A stretch of 64,000 nt of DNA from Chrysomallon squamiferum (taxonomy: Eukaryota > Animalia > Mollusca), in contig CM022678.1 in the NCBI GenBank assembly GCA_012295275.1, forward strand, positions 7,316,001 through 7,380,000, written 5' to 3'. The position numbers and the translations under genes are program-made. Shown piece after piece: positions 61,736 to 64,000 of the stretch. The notes beneath the pieces were generated by a model, which saw only the letters and a program-made list of their open reading frames with translations, made no database searches and was not told the DNA's origin. Position 1 is the stretch's first letter. The number at the start of each line of letters is the position of its first letter.

Positions 61736-62831
61736 AGAATATAATTATATTGTTAACTGCCAGCCTACATCACAAGGTACACTATTATTACAGGACAGAC
61801 AGATAGAGACAGAGAGATCTGCAGGAGAATTAATTCATCATCTTCACCCTCTGGATATGACTTCTTTAATTCATTTTACTGCCCAGACGAATTTTCATAA
61901 TGCTTATTTGTCTCCGGGCAAAAGTGTTAATACTGCGAGGGTTAGAAAAATATGAGATTTTCTTCTGGGATTTGGCAGGAGTTCAGAGATCATGGATTTT
62001 AGATTGCGTACCTAACTGCATTATATCAGGTTAACACTTCACTTTGCAAGTTTGCTTGTGTAAAAAGAAAAGGCTTTGTGGTCTTGATACGGTGTTTGCA
62101 GCGAAGTTAGCGGCTGTACCCATACAAGGCGTGCTTGAGGATTATTCTGGTGGACGTATGTCAAATGTTATTCACATAATTGTATCGACAATAAGTGACA
62201 AGCATACAGAGCAGACATTGTTATAATTCTGGTTCCAGCTAAAATGATTTCGTAACCTAATGAGTATACTTAAGAATAACAACACATACGATACTATTAT
62301 AATGTATAATATAATATAATAATAATAGTGATAGTAATAGTAATAGTAGTAGTTGTTGTTGCTGTTATTATTGTGGCAGCAATAGTAATAACTATAATAA
62401 CAATATGATGATGATGATGATGAATAAAAAGGACATCAAAAAGGTATAGTAACAACAACAACAACAACAACAACAAAAACAAAAACAATAATAATAAGCA
62501 GCTTACCAAATTAATATGAAACATTTTTGGCCGTAAACTCGGTCAACAAACTCACGATAAGAGCGTTATCGAGAAAGAGCATATGACGTCATTTCATTGT
62601 TGACGTCATATCTATAAATACAAGCGCGCTGAGTAAACAAAACAAAGCATGATATACAAGAAAACATTATGAATGGACGTATGGAGCTGAAGGATAGATG
62701 TACGTGTGTTTGGACGTGAAACAAATATATGAAACGAAAGAAAGAATCGGCGAACAAAAAACACGGACAGATAAAGGACTGGACGAAAATTATAACACAA
62801 TAGTGTAAGATAATAAGACCGAGTAGAGGAC

Positions 62832-62902
<71 letters not shown>

Positions 62903-62973
62903 GGAGAGAGAGAGAGACAGAGAGAGGGAGAGATAGAGAGAGAGAGAAAGAGAGACAGACAGACAGAGAAAGA

Positions 62974-63058
<85 letters not shown>

Positions 63059-63224
63059 AATTAATTTGGAATGGATTTTCTTGTCATACTAAAACATATA
63101 TTAATGATCTATTCAATAATCGAATTATTATTATTATTATCATCATCATCATCATCGTCCTCATCATTATCATCATTATTATGCGCACATATGTATGTAT
63201 GTATGTATTTGCTTGTGTGGTGGG

Positions 63225-63255
<31 letters not shown>

Positions 63256-64000
63256 TTTTACATAAACCATACTGCTAAAACCTTATTCAAATCCTTTATG
63301 CTTTAAGCTTCTTTTATTATATTAAATCTTCCGTTCTGGAGTATTAAGATCAAGCAACCAACCAATCACACAGTCTGCAGAAACCTCCCCAGCTCGTGCC
63401 GTTTAACTGCAAAAAAAATCATGTAAATATTGCTGCGGTGACCCGGAGAATTTACTCGCCACAGAAGACGACGGTTTTGTAGTTTGTGGTAATCTCCTCC
63501 GGCGCACCAGAGCCTGGTCGCAAGTCTAGTAACGAAGACGAACACGAGCGGCTGTTGAAAATGACGTTTGTCTGTCTGACTTTAATTAACAACAGAATTT
63601 GGTTTATTGCTCAGCCTTTCTCTCCCCGACAGGTCACTCGGCGAAATTAATAACGGAGAAAGCCGAAGATGGGTTTTACTTTGAAGAAACGAACGTGTTA
63701 ATACTACAAAGTAGATCTTGTATTACGTTTTTTTTTTTTTTTTTTTGTAATTTGTCTTTTGTGTAATTTTCTTTTTATCAATGCTAATGATAAAGTTATA
63801 GCCACTATTTTTTTCTAGTGATTTCAATATTACTAGTGGCCTTTTAATAATTTTTTTTTTTTTTTTTTTTTGTATGGATGTTTTACTCTTAATATGTTTT
63901 AATTTACACATTTTTTTTAGATGTAGAGGATTTATTTGTTAAGGTTTATTCCTTTTGAACATGTCTCATTCCCTCTCAGACACGCTTTAATTTTCTTTCT

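Noticed and set aside
63633-63720. Strong-looking acceptor cctttctctccccgacag followed by a short open frame
   Set aside because: No recognisable domain, convincing donor or partner exon in the window.

Overview
Eukaryotic, AT-rich genomic DNA saturated with microsatellites ((GA)n, (CA)n, (TA)n, (TAT)n, (ACT)n, (TATC)n). It is invertebrate and probably molluscan; the taxon is an inference. Most entries in the ORF track are microsatellite artefacts. Reading GT-AG junctions by hand gives one multi-exon + strand gene at 24769-55049. It has 24 phase-compatible coding exons (about 1,088 codons without the signal-peptide exon) and encodes a GRL101-like type C2 LGR: 12 LDLa modules, LRRNT, 7 LRR exons, a hinge and a rhodopsin-class 7TM. 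The first (signal-peptide) exon is not securely located; the best candidate is ATG 22387. Also present are two copies of a tRNA-derived SINE, several minisatellites and a MITE-like inverted repeat. Most notable oddities: (1) the first LDLa acceptor is amplified into a tandem array of CAG|GT junction copies; (2) two donors are locally duplicated; (3) complementary AGTC/GACT arrays bracket LDLa11-12; (4) an oriented double-TGACGTCA module recurs four times; (5) the TM2-6 exon has about 95% GC3 with a C-to-G skew flip mid-exon. All coordinates and counts are manual, and no database searches were run.
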